From: Utricularia gibba
Lineage: Eukaryota; Plantae; Magnoliophyta
Direction of reading: 5' to 3'
NCBI GenBank assembly: GCA_002189035.1
Contig: CM007992.1
Location: 3,720,001-3,784,000, forward strand
Length of the DNA stretch: 64,000 bases
Shown here: one piece after another, positions 62,943 to 64,000 of the stretch
How positions within the stretch are numbered: position 1 is the first letter of the stretch
How the letters are laid out: every line of letters begins with the position of its first letter
Program-made: the position numbers and the translations under genes
Notes under the pieces: model-generated
Databases searched by the model: none
What the model was told of the DNA's origin: nothing
Seen by the model: only the letters and a program-made list of their open reading frames with translations

Positions 62943-64000
62943 TCCCCAAGTATGGAACTGCGTGCCGTGCAGTTGTTACTGAGGACACCGTTATTATCCT
63001 GAGTCTACATTTTTTTTTTCAAAGTAAATCGATCCAAGCAAGGGGGGAGGGTGATGGCGCCAATACCTCCTTGCTTCAAACATCCTATTCAGCTTATAAT
63101 AAGAACAGGGCATGCATTCAGAACCATGCGCAAACGAATAATGCAGAAACTTTGATCAACAAAGCATCTTTTGCAGAAGCGTGAAGCGCATAAAAATCGT
63201 ATGGTAAAACTAGGGAACCATGAAAACGGATGCTTGTTTCACTGATAATTCTCATTATTTGTTGCAGCAAATGGTCACTGCAGGGGAAGGATTCAATCAA
63301 GGCATTTGAAAAGAATGATAATGAGGAGCCTTCTTGAGCTCAAGCTTGCCAGAAGAAGATGCAACACCGAAGAGCATTTTGATGAATGAAACTTCTGAAA
63401 AGCCGACCACATAATGCAAGGTACGACCAATAACTCTGAGCTTTATGGGATACTAGGAATCTTGATGAACTCTGATGATGCCAGTATACCTGAGGTAGAA
63501 GTGAAATGTATGATGTGGGAGGTTTCTGGAGCCCCCGATAATCGCGGGTCAATGGCATCTTGGATATCAAGATGAAATGTTAAAAGACCTAAGACTACAT
63601 ATGATGATTTCCTCTGGGGCTCGCATGAACAACAAGAACTCTGGTTTTCAAACACTATTCATGTAAAAAAAACACATCCATTATCATACTGAAAGTATCT
63701 CCTGATCAGCAATCTGAACTGTGGAATGCCGTTCTTTCAAGACACAACAGCAGGGAATGCAACTGAAATATAAAAAAACTTACATCGTTGAGTGGTGTAC
63801 TGTCCAAGCACAAGCTAACAAAAAATTTGTGAGAAGTTCCGTGCTATGAAGAGTAGTCAGGTTCACACCAGAATAATTTTGTTGCTGGGAAAACAAAGCC
63901 TGAACCAAACGAAGACACGAGATTGGATCAGGAGTACAATAAGATGATTCTCATGAATCTTTTAAACGCCATATTTACATCACATTGCAGCAATAGCAAG

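Noticed and set aside
63118-64000. Broken minus-strand frames with a faint PPR-like appearance
   Set aside because: Frequent stops and no motif I can support; needs BLASTX
1-64000. tRNA, rRNA, CRISPR arrays, prokaryote-type defence systems
   Set aside because: None seen; the window is spliceosomal-intron-containing plant nuclear DNA

Overview
Gene-dense plant (eudicot-like) nuclear DNA with short introns; the species cannot be determined from sequence alone. About 22 intact or nearly intact genes are recognisable: PILS, IRE1, a pollen-type AGP, SWP73/BAF60, a class III peroxidase, eRF3, a DnaJ-Jiv protein, WRKY IIc, an atypical bHLH, CP1-like EF-hand, a CDC24-like OB-fold protein, USP, an S1 bZIP, AAE7, endosulfine-like, B-GATA, two inverted PR-10 copies, ERF-VII, SWEET, DUF740-like, a small membrane protein, ULP1/ESD4-like and a TOG-domain gene. 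There are two real pseudogenes (CCT-domain, TCTP). A transposon island at about 44.8-49.6 kb holds a dead hAT, a Pack-MULE-like element carrying a captured IRX15/DUF579 gene fragment, and a possible Helitron end. At least four otherwise intact genes are broken by single-base losses in homopolymers, which looks like assembly error. Exon boundaries were derived by hand, and family assignments come from remembered motifs, not searches. I found no convincingly new biological system. The strongest leads are the Pack-MULE, the diverged oxygen-sensor ERF-VII, the inverted PR-10 pair and the frame-scrambled S1 bZIP with a degenerate uORF.
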